NCBI GenBank assembly: GCA_010093705.1
Contig: MU006090.1
Location: forward strand, 1-64,000
Source of the DNA: Patellaria atrata CBS 101060
Lineage: Eukaryota
DNA: 64,000 bases
Direction: 5' to 3'
The notes below the pieces were generated by a model that was not told where the DNA came from, searched no databases, and saw nothing but the letters and a program-made list of their open reading frames with translations. A program made the translations under genes and the position numbers. Positions 34,042-47,409 of the stretch are shown one piece after another. The stretch's first letter is position 1; every line of letters starts with the position of its first letter.

Positions 34042-35731
34042 TTAGGTCTTATCGCCGTACCCCATCTGTGCCAGCAGTCTGATCGCTGATGCTTGAGAGT
34101 AGCCAATGAAGACCGGACCGTTGAATACCATCTGGGGCGCTGTTGACTTCACTGCTTTGCCAGTTAAAGAGTCCTGCGGTGACTGTTCAGCTGGGTAGAG
34201 ATTAGAAATGAAGGCAGGTTGGGGCGTTGGCTGGCCCGGTGAATCAACACGCCGTAATCCTGGCGTTTCGACATGTTGAGTTGTGGAGGGTGTTGCAGCT
34301 CTCATCTTAGTATGATCAAAGGGACACTTCTGTGCAGCATCCGCCGCTTTTTCATCAAGGTCATTAGTGGGCTCGGGGAACCTTGTACCGGTGCTTTCTA
34401 GAATGTGATATTTAGCAGGAACGGATATTCCCCACGGGCGGCTAGGGGACTCTCCCACGCGAACCTCTTTCAGGGGCCGGTCAAAACGGGGTTGTCGATC
34501 TTCTTCCACACGGGGACTTTGCTCATCGTACTCATTTTGGCCGTTTTTAAGACTCGTACTGACATCATGCGCCCAGTCTCGAACCTTCTCGTTGGACTTG
34601 TCGTCTTCAACCGCCACCTCGTCTTCCAGTTTATCTGGCAGAAGAGACTGATGTTTCTCTCCGAGTCCTTGGATCATGCTGACCAGATTGCCATACTTTG
34701 CGTCCAGCTTACGTATGCTTTCTGCATTCATCTGATGGCTTTTTACACACACCTCGTGACTACGTGGAATCTCATGCTTGTGTTTCTCAAAGTACTGTGC
34801 CACCTCTTCCGGAGAGTGTTGGTCCAAGAATCGGATAGGACATACGGCAGCAGATCCATCTACAGAGGTGGCGGGAGATGCTGAGTCTAACCCGCAGATC
34901 TCAGCACGTATAGGATCATGGAAAGAAGCTCGTTTAGACCTTAACGTGCTTGATCCTCGTCGAGAATGAGAGCTTCGTGGGGTAGTGACACTCTGCCGAG
35001 TATATGTCGAGCCAGTCCGAGTATGAGGTCGGCTTTTATTGAGCTTATTGAAGGGGCATCTCAACCTACTGGGTGTTCCTGCTGTGGTAAAATCCTGCTC
35101 TAGGCCAGGAGATGCGAGGCCGTTATCGGTAGAATTTCCACCCCATATTGTTACGTCTACACCACTGTTCGGCTGTTCTTGACATTTACGCCCTAGAACT
35201 CCGATTTCAGCCTGACGTACTTTATACGCTCGCGTTCGAGTGTCCGGATCGTGGCTTTTTGTTAAATGTTCGAGCCAGTCGAGATTTCCATTCTGCTGCG
35301 ATGAGCCTGCTTGCTCTAACTCGTCTAGAAAAATTGGAAAATCTTGAGACGATGTCGCTGGAGATGCACTTTTCAGAAGCGTGAGGTACTGGATGGATAA
35401 TATGTTAGTTGGGACCATAGAACTTGTGATTCGACTGAAAGAGATAATTTGTTGGGAAAAAGGTCAGAGTCAATTTGATAATTCTATCATCGCTGCTGAG
35501 CAGCTACAGATCTAGAGCTAAAGTGTTTCATCATACAGGTAAATATAGAGGCAAAGATAAGATCTTCCATTTAATAATGAATCGCCTTACCTGCTGCTTA
35601 GCCCACGCGAGTTTGTTTTCCAGGTTGCGATTCTCTTGCCAAAGTAACTTGTACTCTTGTGAAAGCGCTTCAAACCCCTCTTGAAGCTGTTGCAGGATGT
35701 TATCCGATGCCTGAGCGCCAGCAGTCGCCAT
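34042..35731 (-). CDS. Conserved fungal hypothetical protein (N-terminal coiled coil; CPIRFLDQHSPEEVA motif); exons 35731-35591 and 35388-34042; snoRNA host gene
   Basis: A 202-nt GTAAGG...CTAAC...CAG intron joins LENKLAWAKQQ to YLTLLKS in frame. Confidence 0.75.
35460..35539 (-). ncRNA. Intronic box C/D snoRNA; 18S guide similar to U45/U44-region guides, second guide complementary to U6
   Basis: Box C ATGATGA 35534-35528, box D CTGA 35467-35464, C'-like GCGATGA after a gctg/cagc stem. 11-nt perfect antisense TTAGCTCTAGA to conserved 18S UCUAGAGCUAA. Box D lies ~75 nt from the 3' splice site. Confidence 0.8.
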
Positions 35732-36285
35732 ATGTAAAGATTGCGAATCTTCTTTTGTCGGGTGGCTGCGCCTGTCGTACGGTGACAAAGATGGTGGAAA
35801 AAGACTACATTTGTGGCAATAATAGTTTGTGGCTTAGAAGATGGACACAATACTGGTAATTGTATCACATTTGCGGTGATTCTCGAAAAAGATGATCGAT
35901 TTCGGGAGACGCGCGGAAGACAAAGATTGAAGAAGTCTATGAGGTATCTTGGAGTAGAATACCTTACTAAGCTTATCTCTAGGTCTAATCTAATATTACA
36001 GTACTGTAAGGTACTGTAAGGTAATAAGGTAATGGCCGCCTGCACTTTCCTTACCAATTTATTATATAACACAAACAACTTCCAACTTAGTTTATATCCT
36101 TCCATGAGTCTGGCCATACACTCTGATCACCGTCTTTTGCTGTAAATGCACATCAATCGAGAAGAGCTGGCCTCTATATATCCATTGACCTCCCAAGTTC
36201 CAGCATAGAGTCCCACTCGTTCCAGGAACCACCGTATTGTTTATAAAACGCCCATAAATATACCATAACATAGCTTTGCGGCCCA

Positions 36286-37533
36286 ATGTCTTCGCTCCAC
36301 CTCTCGAGATTCAGGAAATGGATACTACAGTCACCTCCTGTAGATTGGGCAATACAACAACTGAGGGAAACCCTTGTAGGAGCTTTGCGACAAGGTCCTA
36401 TACCTCAACATGTAGCATTCGTCATGGATGGAAACAGGCGCTTTGCAAGAAGCCACCACATTGAGACAGTGGAAGGACACAATTTAGGATTCGAAGCACT
36501 AGCTAGAGTATATGACTTCCCTTCTGCTATATTACGTGTGTTTGCTGACTGAGGTGTGTTCGTTCTAGATCCTAGAAGTCTGTTATAAATCCGGCGTCAA
36601 AGTAGTCACCATATACGCTTTCAGTATCGAAAACTTCAAACGTTCAAAGTACGAAGTCGACGCGTTGATGGACATGGCAAAAGTCAAACTATCTCAAATG
36701 GCACAGCATGGGGATCTACTAGAGCAGTACGGAGCGAGCATAAGAGTTTTAGGGCAGAAGGAATTGGTAAAACCAGATGTCCTAGAAGCTATTGACAGAG
36801 CTGTATCCCTAACAGCTGGGAATAAGAAGTATGTCGGGGAAGTAGAGTCGAAAGTACACATGATCAAGGACCTAACGTAACCCCTAGGGCAATCCTGAAC
36901 GTCTGTTTCCCGTACACTTCCCGCGACGAAATCACTACATCAATCCGCAACACTGTCATAGACTTCTCTAAGCCTGATCCACCACCACTTAGGCGTCCTT
37001 TCTCGGAAAGCCACATTACCCGCAACATCCGTCAACAGAACCTCGGCACTGTAACCGAAGAATCCCCCAACTTATCCCCCGATCCGTCCCCCTCGCTCAA
37101 TCTAGTCGAACACCGTAATGCCGACGGTGCAAACTCTTCCAACACGTCCATCGCTTCCGCGATCTTCAATCACTCCGCCAGCCACACAGCAAACTCGTCC
37201 TCAACAACCCTAGAATCCGTCCAACATGGCAACAGTAACCTCCCGGATCCCGAGAAAATCAATGCGCAAACATTGACTGATCACATGTTCACGACGGGCA
37301 CGCCCCCGCTCGACCTCCTGATCCGCACGTCAGGGGTGCAGAGGTTGAGCGATTTCATGCTTTGGCAGTGCCATGAAGAAACAGAAATTGTGTTTCTGGA
37401 TTGTCTGTGGCCAGAATTTGATCTTTGGCATTTCTTGCCCGTGTTGGTGGAGTGGCAATGGGGTAGGAGGAAAGCGGAGGAGGCTGAAAGGAGCAGAGGC
37501 AGGGGTAGAGGGAAGCAAATCAAGGTCGCGTAA
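36286..37533 (+). CDS. RER2: cis-prenyltransferase (dehydrodolichyl diphosphate synthase); exons 36286-36507, 36569-36828, 36888-37533
   Basis: PQHVAFVMDGNRRFA, YAFSIENFKR, PYTSRDEI, DLLIRTSGVQRLSDFMLWQ, LWPEF. Confidence 0.93.
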
Positions 37534-37813
37534 AACATTGGTGTGTGATGGCGATCGCTTTTATTCTTTGTTATCTTGTGGTGTGGATGGTTAGACAAAA
37601 TAGATTCGACTGGCGGATATACCCTCAACGCGCTCGAGCTAGAAAGGCTGGGAGCGTAAAATCATCGTGCATGGCATAGCGTTGTTCTATGGATCATTTC
37701 AGGAATAGGAGTAGGCTTAGGTTTTAGCAAGCAAATGAGTAAATGCATATCTCATTTACAATTTCACTCGCCTCCCCAATTTCGTTCTCAGTAACCCCTA
37801 TTGTCCTAATCTC

Positions 37814-38966
37814 TCACTTCTTCTTCTGCACCGCAATCCACATACGCACCCCTTTAGCACTGTCGTGCGCCGCGCGGAATACTTCTAATAATCAGCGACG
37901 CTAGAAATGATAAGAACGGGAAAATTGTTACTCACGCTGTCTTTCCGTCTCGTCCAACCCGCGCAGGAAATCCGCACCCTCCCCGATGGCGCCTCGAGGG
38001 TTGTGTGCTTGGTCAGCTATCACGGCCGCCCGTGTTTTGAGCGTCTGAGTTAGGTCTCAACGGTCAGGTTAACTCATTCTTGGTTGATGTATTCCCCTGG
38101 TTCCCATCGCGGTCGCTTTGTTGCCGGATTTGGCCCAAACTAACGCTGTAGAAGAGACCAAGGGGATAAACTGTGGTGGAATTTGATGGAAATAGACTCA
38201 CGTCAGAGAGCGTATCTATCAAGTCTGGGTAAGGGTAGAGTTCGAGCATGCGCGCGCCGAGACCGTAAAAATGAGGCGCTAGTGCGCGGAGGTCCACAGT
38301 TTTTGGGTCCGCTTTCAGGGCGTTGAGGACACGGGGAGAGAGACAAGAAGGGTTATCGAGCGTAATATTATTACTAGTAAGATTAGTGAGAGTATTCAAG
38401 GTCTAGAAAAAGAGAGAGGGGATGAAAGGTGCAAGAGAAACAAAGGAGAACTTCAATTAAGATTTTAGGTAGGTTGGGTATGCCGCTATAGTTGACGGGA
38501 GGATTCCAGTCCACGCTACTATTATTTTGAGTTGAGTTGAAAAAATCAAGGAAATGGATGGATCTCTGATAATCTTGGGGAATATGGGGAGTTCTAGACC
38601 AATCGTCCATGTGATCATGTTCTAGAAAAGGAAATATGAAAGGGTTAGAGGATAGGGAAGAGAAAGGAGGCATGAATTACCTGACCGCTAACATTTCACC
38701 CAGCCATAATGGAAGCTCAACTTTCGTGCCTTGCTTCATCTGGCGGAGAGAGGTCAGCGATATGCCTGGCTTATCGGTCCCAAAGTCTCACATCTTGCCC
38801 CAGATTACCGTCGATGTAACCCAGTCCGGGTACCGTGAGCTCGAATGTGCATGGTACTTTCTATTATAGATATGAGCCACCGGTAGGAGTTGATTGGCTG
38901 GGAAGGTTGATCTGGTCATACTTGGGCGTCGGTGAGGATAGAATCTATGTCATAGTACGACGACAT
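37814..38966 (-). CDS. PSF3: GINS subunit Psf3; exons 38966-38922, 38860-38792, 38739-38681, 38373-38202, 38044-37936, 37881-37814
   Basis: MSSYYDIDSILTDAQKVPCTF, KVELPLWLGEMLA, RVLNALKADPKTVDLR, FLRGLDETERQLFR. Mostly absent from the ORF track. Confidence 0.88.
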
Positions 38967-39205
38967 GGCAACAAGGCCCTCGAACTGAACTTCTCCCATC
39001 CACCATCAGCGAGGATGTCTTTTTGCCTTTGTTGCCCTCTTAAGCGCCGGTTGTCCAGTGCATCTTGCTGAAGTACCACTGCCAGCCGGAGATCCTAGCT
39101 CTTGATGCGTTTACAGTACGAGTTACTGTATTGACAAGACGAAGGAGACAAAGCAATTGAGCAGTTGGAGAATCGTTCAAACTTACCTAGAACTATCTGG
39201 TTACG

Positions 39206-39211
39206 ACGCGT
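39206..39211. promoter_or_regulatory. MCB box upstream of PSF3
   Basis: ACGCGT just upstream of a putative 5'UTR donor (GTAAGT at 39186, minus strand) of a replication gene. Confidence 0.4.
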
Positions 39212-39977
39212 CAAATCACTGTCTATTCATACAGCAAACAGGGCAAAGTGAGGCGATAAATATTCGGTATTGTATGTCCCCTGGCTGGCGCGTAAGGCTA
39301 CTGCCTGCTCTTGAATGCTACCGTGTGAAAATGAATGCCCTAGTTAATGAGATACTCGTACTGAGGCGTAAGCATGAAGATCATGTCCCCTTCTCACCTT
39401 CCTTGAGAATCAAGAAATACTGAGGTGTACTGTATCTTCCATCTTCAAGATCCATCCCTTTGTGCATTTTGTCCGAATATATTTTGAAAGAGATCTTTCT
39501 TGGCGACATCCATCATTGAATACCTACCGAACATCAGCGGTTACTCGCAGACGGGAAACTTCTTTGTACATCCAACATCGGGCGAACCATTTACACTGAG
39601 CATTCACATTATTGCCCTGTCAAGTACGTGCGACCAGAAAATCTGGCCCACCGAGTCCCACCTTAACCACGCAAGGCTCCATCTACAGTCTACATCCTAC
39701 AGTCTACAGTCCCAAACCTGTGGTGTGAGTGAGTGACCTCCGGCCATTATCAAATATTTCCATCTTGTCCTCTATATAATCCTTGAACGAGCCATATTTA
39801 CTTTGACAAAACTGATCCTTTCGATTTTAGGCGTCGTGCGTAACAAGCTCGTAGCTCTCTCAAATAACCCGTAAAGCATTCGGGTCTTCGTCTTCTCTCC
39901 GCCCCAAACCCAAACTTCGCATGCCGAATGCTCAACCGTCGGAATAGAGATATTCCCTTACTATCGCGGGCGATAAC

Positions 39978-42900
39978 ATGGCACACCTCCTAAGCGCGAT
40001 GGATATTCCGAATGGGAACGATATATCGCGTGCTACCTCCCCTGGTGGAGCGTACAGGGAGGCCAACGGAGCACCAAATGGTTACGATCCAGATAAGCTC
40101 GCGCGAAGTCGCCCACGAACTTTCCCTTACGAACGATACCTACCCTACAAGACTGAAGAGCCGAGTGTGAGGGAAGAAAGCCTGGAGGTCTTCATAAAAC
40201 ATCTTTACATAGCGGTATCAGCTGGCGATTTCGCCCCTGGAGCTGTACACTGGACGAGAGAGATCCGCGGCTGGTTACAATTGAAATTCGACCTTCCAAA
40301 AGATATAAGGATAAAGTTGGCTAAGTTATACTATGAGCTTGCTCTTGCTCCGGGGCTTGATTATCTTGTCGCCGAGCGTTTTGCGAGCATGTTTATGGTC
40401 CTCACGAAGTAAGTTCCATTCCTCTCGCTTGCTCCCAAAATACGCTACTGATAATACGTCGAACAGGCGCAAACATTACCTTCGCCCCGGAAAAGACTTG
40501 GTACTAGATTGGAGACCGCTTTATCGCGAGCTTAAGCTTTTCGTCTTGCCGACCGAGACCGGCTCAGGGCAGACCAGTGGCTCAAAACGCAATGTGCGAA
40601 CACTGACGAAGCTCTGCACCTTTGCTCAGCTATACTTCGATCCTAGAGAAGCGCCCGCGATACTAAAAGAGTTCCTGCCTTTTTTCAGTACCTCGTTCAC
40701 GGAGCATGCTTATGTTGTGGTTGGGCTTATCAATCTGTTGTTGCCTACTTATCCCGCACCGGCTGAGCAACCGGCATTGTTGCCACAGGAGTATCTCCCA
40801 ACGTTCTTTCACCTTTGGTCTTTAGTCAATCGCTCAAGGCTCTTTGATGTACATTTCATCGATATATTCTCCAGACTTGCAAGAGACTCTCTATCTTCAG
40901 AACATGTTCCATTCTCGCAGTACGGCATCTATACTAGGGAGCAAAACTCTCTGATCTTCACCGCGATTCTAAGATTATTAGAGATACCTGTAGGTCAGTC
41001 GACTTCTCCTTACAGCAATAGCGTGGATGTATCGGCCGGGTTCGCATTGTACCTAGATCGAGATCAGAGGAAACATCCAATTGCTCATCACATCGCTCGA
41101 TGGATAGTGATGTCATTGTCTCCCAAGTGTCTTGATCACACGGATTCCGTGTTGAGCTACTTAGAAGGACTCATACAAGCTGTCGAGACCTTCTTCCACC
41201 CGTCGAATTCCGGCAGTTGGACGAAGACCTTATCTCAGTTAGTGTATTATCTCTCTGACTTCTTCGTCATGCGCTGGAACCGAGAGCATAACGGAGAGAT
41301 GGAGGTACCAGAAGATAGGAGACTGAATGATGAAGTGAAGCGTCGCTTCGTCTTATGCCTACGCGAAGTCATCTTTATGGGTATCTTTGCAAAGAGCGGG
41401 ACCGCAATGAATTTCTCTCTGTCGACTCTCCAGAGTCTTGCCTTCCTGGAACCAAATCTGATTCTACCGCGTGCGTTACAACAGATATATCCCGCCATAC
41501 AAGGTCTCGTCGAGGTCCACCGCACAATATCCGCAATTCGGTCTTTGCAAATGCTGTCGAGAGTTATGGCTCGATCAAAAGGGTACAGGTGTCATATTAC
41601 CTCGCTTATCGGTCTTGCGTTGCCAGGTATAGATGCTAATGACCTCGAGAAGACCTTACATACACTGGCGTTCATTCAAGCTGTATGCTACAATATACCA
41701 TTTCATGACTTGACGAAGGAATCCCCAAGAGATGAAACTGTGTCTGTAGAACGTGAGGGAGCTCAAACACCCATGGAAGAAGACAACACGGGCCTAGCTG
41801 TTAGCTGGATAACAGAGCAGGTAGAACGTCTAGAGAGAGAAGGAGCTGGTGTCCAAATAGACTACAATGCAGAACTCACGGATGAGGAAGAAGAAGCTAT
41901 TCTTCGGTCCTCGACTACTGGGCTCGCAGAATTTCTCATGTCATTTCTAGGGCGCGTCTTCACTCTCTTGGAGAACCTCCCGGATGCGTCCCGCGTTCGA
42001 AGTGGCTCTCCAGAGGAGAATGTCGTGAATACACTGCCAGCGACTTTTACCCCCTTGCTTGCGGCTTTATCACCTGAGCTATTCGACATCGCGTTGAACA
42101 AAATCGCTGATTTCGTTTCGAACCATGTCATACATCAGGCACGGGATGCGATGGCCTTTATCTGCAACGGGTTGGTCAAAATTCGACCACAAAAAGCTCT
42201 GAACAGGCTTCTTCCCGACCTCATTGCGGGGATTCGTACCGAGATCGATGATAATGGAGCGGGATCTACACGTACAACCGGCTCCGAAGTCTTACCTCGA
42301 GATAGGGCGTTGGTGTGGAATATCAGTTTGCTCAGCATGTGCATTGTGCACGTCGGGGATGCTGTTCTGGAATGGGAGGAAGAGCTCTTCAGTATTGCAA
42401 CCTTTATGCAAGAGAAATGTAAAGGAATTCCTACTGTCCATGTATCGAACTTCATCCATCATCTTCTTCTGAACTTGACCGTCACGTATACGATAGACTA
42501 TTCGAACTATGAGACGCAGGAATTGGAAAGAGGCCTTAACACCAGAGACTGGGGTAAAATCAGTCATCCACAAAGTTTGCACGTAAAGTGGCACAAGCCA
42601 AGCAAACCAGAGATTGATTTTGCCGTGGAGCTATTCAAGTCCCAAGCGGAGAGCGCAATCAATAATCTCAATGCTTTGACTGGAGATAACCCGCACATCA
42701 AGCGTGATGGCACCGGCAAGGACTGGTCAGATGAAGTTTCGAGGAATCTCGTTCTCCTTCGGTTGATCATATCGGGTCTTTCCGTTCTCTTCGATCCTAA
42801 GTATAATTCCGGAACATCCGATGTTCTTTCCTCGGGGAATGATGTGCAAATGGAGGATGGGATTGATGAAGACATTCCAGACGCAGCGGACGAGAGTCTC

Positions 42901-45900
42901 GGTGAGGCTGAAGATGAGGAAGTGAAACCGACATTTCAATACGAGACGGGCTATCCCTTGGATAAGGAGTCAGCACAGTATCATGTAATACACCAACTTC
43001 GTCAGACCGTGGGCGAAACTTTACATCGAGTGCATCAATTTCTTATTGAGAGACAAGAAGATGATGTCCCGTGTTTCAACTCTCTCTACAATGCATACAG
43101 GTCATGGTTCGTGGACGTCGGGATCGAGCGATCTGCACACGTCCTTGACCGTGTGACGCGGTTACTGGCAGCTGATATCCACCCGTTCAAATTCAGTGGG
43201 CTCAGAAAGGAGTATCCACGACCGCTCCTGGTGCGACGTGCAAATGTATACCATCTTCAACGCCTACGCCATAACGCAAGTCCGAGGATCAAGAGTGAAT
43301 TGGACAAGCAGCTTTTGTTAGATCTCGCGCAATCAAGCGTGTCTCTCTATACCGAGATCCGCCGAACAGCACAATCCGCGAATGAGTCCGCGGTTAAGTG
43401 CATCATTGGTGCTAGGCCACTCGTTATTCCACCTCTCCTAGAAGCCCTTGGAAAATCCATCAAGGAAAACAATTACCCTCGCATGAAAGGTGCAATGTTT
43501 TCTTTACTCTTTGGGAGCCTCGCGAAGACCATCTCTAGAGACTGGAAGTTTACTCCTCAGTTGATAAAATACTTCATTGAGGTCACGGGCGCAGACAAAC
43601 CATCCGTTCAGAAACTCTCTGCAAACGCGACGTTCCAAGTCATGGACATGGGCAGATCCATAGAAAAGATGGTAATCCTAGATGAAGACACGGTCCAGGC
43701 GATTTCCTTTTCGGTAAGGGAAGAAGAAGCGGAGCACATAAAATCAAAGATCTCTAAGAAGCAGAGCTTAATTAAGCAGAAGCGGTCAAAGATAGAAGCG
43801 AAGAAGACCGAATTATCCTCCGATCTGATTGAGTTGGCACGCACATCGCATTGGAAGAAAGCAAGTCGTACAGCAGCCATTGTCGTCAACCTCGGCATGC
43901 GTTACGATACAATAGCGACAGAGAGTATGATCGATTTGGTTACCCAAGGCTCGATTGATTCTCATCCAAGTTTGCGAGGCTTATATGCTGGCGCGCTCGT
44001 GGCCATATTCTCCTTAGTCACTAACCGTGCACTCACTCAACATAATTATGAGAATTACCTTAAGAATATAGAAGTTCTACCTGATAAGATTTTGATAGAT
44101 ACGGTGAAGGAACGAGAGAAGAACCCAAACTGGACTCAAGACTATCTCGCCAGCTTCGCTAAGCCAGAAACCGCATACTATATCGACTATGATTATCCTG
44201 GTTGGCTTGTCTGGAATGACACTATGCCAGCATTCCAACCCGAAGCAAGCGATCTCGAATTCGATAAGGTTGAGGAAGACGTCCGTAAGAAGATTGGAGA
44301 ACACCTTGATCGACACTGGTTCTCTACCTACTTTGCGTTCATGAAACAAGAACCACGTGATTCCAGCGCTGACCGATTCCGGATGTCGAGCGCGACCATG
44401 CTGACCAATGCATTCGACCTTGTTTTCGATGGTATCGCCGTAGCAACATTTGAGGATATCAAAGATCTTACCCAATCTGTGTATGGAGATGGCAGTGATA
44501 AGCATCAGCATCGAGCAACGGCGGAGATTATGGGGGCCTTGTTTTCATGCGCTGCCGAATATAAGCAAGAGAAGAGGGAAATGGTGTGGGACTTTGTCTT
44601 TCCTATTGTAAGAGGTATCTTTCAAGACGGACTAACCCCTGAAAATGCCTCGTACTGGACAACGTGCCTACGAGTTGTATTACAGGGGAAAGATCCGAGG
44701 AAAAATTGGCCACTTGTTGATTGGCTTGCTAGTTTCCGCCTTGATATGAACTCGAACGCCGCATTCAAGGAAAGCTCGAAGATCCATCTCCTCCAGCAAT
44801 GCATCGCTGATCATGGATGGCATTTTCAACTGGAAAAGCCCATCCTTGAGGATTTCTTAAAGCACATAGACCACCCATATAAGGGAGTCCGTGAAGCAAT
44901 GGGCTCCACCATTGCTGCCATACATCGTACCAGATATCATGAATCCTACGCGAACGTTGACGCCTTACTCCAAGCCCAGAAAGCAGCGTCCTCGATAGGA
45001 ACTCGTCCTTACCAGCCAACCGAAAGCTATTCGAGCACTATCACAGAGGTTTTTGACAGGTTGGAGACATGGCGCAAAGAACGCCCCACTGGCCAACAGA
45101 CTCCTTCCTCATACACCCAAGGGGGTAAGACAGTTCTTCTTTGGCTTGACTCTACGCTATCATCTTACGAATGCATACAACTCGTCCAATTCTTTCCCGA
45201 TGTATTCATGGAGCAGCTTCTACACATGATGGACATTAAAGAAGACCCAGAACTCCAGTCACTTGCCTACCATGTTTTTCGCCACCTACCTAACATCCCC
45301 CACCGCATGGGTGAAGACTCTGGCTTCATCAATGCCCTCATCCGCATTGGCCGAAACTCCACATCCTGGCACCAACGCCTACGGATCCTCATCAACATCC
45401 AGGTCATTTACTTCCGCCGTCTATTCCTCATGTCCGAAGCACAGCAGCAGGATCTTTTTGATTGCGTGTCTGCTATGCTCGGTGATAGTCAGCTCGAGGT
45501 CCGGGTAGGTGCTTCAACTACCTTATCAGGAATGATTCGCTGCTCTCCAGTTGACTTCCGTAATCGCACTGTTGAGGTTCTCAAATCACGCTTCACGGAT
45601 ATGCTTGCTCGGAATCCTCTACCGAAGCGCCGAATGCCCGGAACACCGACGCCGGAGCAGAATAGGCTTGTCCTCGTACGCCATGCAGCGGTTCTCGGTC
45701 TAGGCGCCTTGATTCAAGCATTCCCATACATGTCACCACCTCCACCGTGGTTACCAGAGGTTCTCGCAACACTTGCACTGCGTGCCGCTGCAGATCCGGG
45801 GATTGTGGGAAAGAGCGTCAAGACTATATTGGCGGACTTTAAAAAAACAAGACAAGATACTTGGCATGTTGATATGAAGGTTAGTCTATAGTTACACACG

Positions 45901-45997
45901 GTTCACTACCCAAGCTTTGCTAATCAGATCGCAGGCGTTTGCCCCTGAACAACTAGAGGATCTGGAAGGTGTTTTATGGAAGAGTTACTTTGCTTGA
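39978..45997 (+). CDS. BLM10: Proteasome activator Blm10/PA200; exons 39978-40408, 40467-45879, 45935-45997
   Basis: Large HEAT-repeat protein; FFHPSNSG, LPGIDANDLEKT, FKKTRQDTW. Spliced C-terminus LEGVLWKSYFA ends in an HbYX-like motif. Confidence 0.93.
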
Positions 45998-47409
45998 GCT
46001 TTTTACACGAGTGTTCCTGATCATGACCCTGTGAGTAAATCCTTCCAGCTATTTGCGCTGCTCATATTTCTGTTATTGGGAAAAAGACCGGTTAGGTCAT
46101 ATCACAGATTAGCCCGTAATATAATTAAGACCCAACTCTCTTCACTTAGGTCGTTTGTAGCCTCCTTTGCTCATCGATGGCGCCAGGGAGGGATCTAATT
46201 ACGGGTCTTTTACTTCTCTCATGACGCATGGGACGGCGCTGGCTGCATACCTCCAATATTGTTTATACTGTACTTCGGACTGGATAGTAAATGTGCTACA
46301 TAGATGTAGAGTTTCGACCATGCTTTTCTGGTCCTACTCTTTACTTTATTTCGTTTCTTGCTGCGAGATAGGTTTTAGTAACAAATAGTGATCTAGAGTC
46401 CAGTATTATTGAGCTGGTTTTAATTTTCTTCAAATCAATCCTCTCTCCGTTGTGCTGTGCAAGTTCCCTTTCATATCCTGATACAAGTACTATGGATACA
46501 TTAAGAAGAATTAGCGGTGTAAAACCACCGGCTACTATAAGCGACCTAGTGAAATTCATGATTTCATGCCATATATATTCTGTTCGCACACACTTCTTTT
46601 CCATATTTCATTAAACTGTTCTGTTTCTGAGACTAGACTGAGGCAAACATTAAACATTCGGTGAAGACTTAGCAGGTACCCGTTATCTTGCGTTACTCCC
46701 ACTTCGCTGTTGAAATGGTGGAAGGTTCGGATCTCAAGTCTGAGATTGTTACTTTTAGACCCGTTGTACAGTACAATAAATATGCATGGCCTGAATCCCG
46801 TTTAAGCATAGGGGGATGATGCTTTCAACAAGATTTCAAGAGAATCATAACCTCCTATCCTAGGAAGAAGCCTGGAGTACAGTCTAGTTGGTCCACTCAT
46901 ACCTACAATCGTGCTTCTCTTTATTCCATTTCTCACCTTCACGAAAGGAAATACTCGCCCGTCACCATTTGAGAGAAAACACAAATCCAGAGATCTGCAT
47001 CTGAAGAATCATATTTTGAATGATCAGATTGGAGGGGATAGGGGTGAAAGCTTTTCATGCACCATACTGCATGATAATGCAAGTCTTTTAGGCTGAGATG
47101 CAGAGGCGCAGGATTTCTGTCGCTAAACAGTACGGTGAACGGAGTATAAACTAACTACACTTCATAAGCTCACATTTCTGGGATTCGGAAAGAGTAATTT
47201 GAATGCGAGTAGAAAAGCATCTGTCTTATCCTATCGAAAGTGAACGGTTTCTTTGGTATAATAACCTTCACATATCACCTATATACATATTCCGCCCCTT
47301 GTGACTAAAAGAGACGAGCGTCCTAAGCCTACCATACCATTAAATCCATCACATAACAATCATATGTGCCCCCCCCCGGAAACAGCGACCCATGCGTCCC
47401 CCGAATTGT

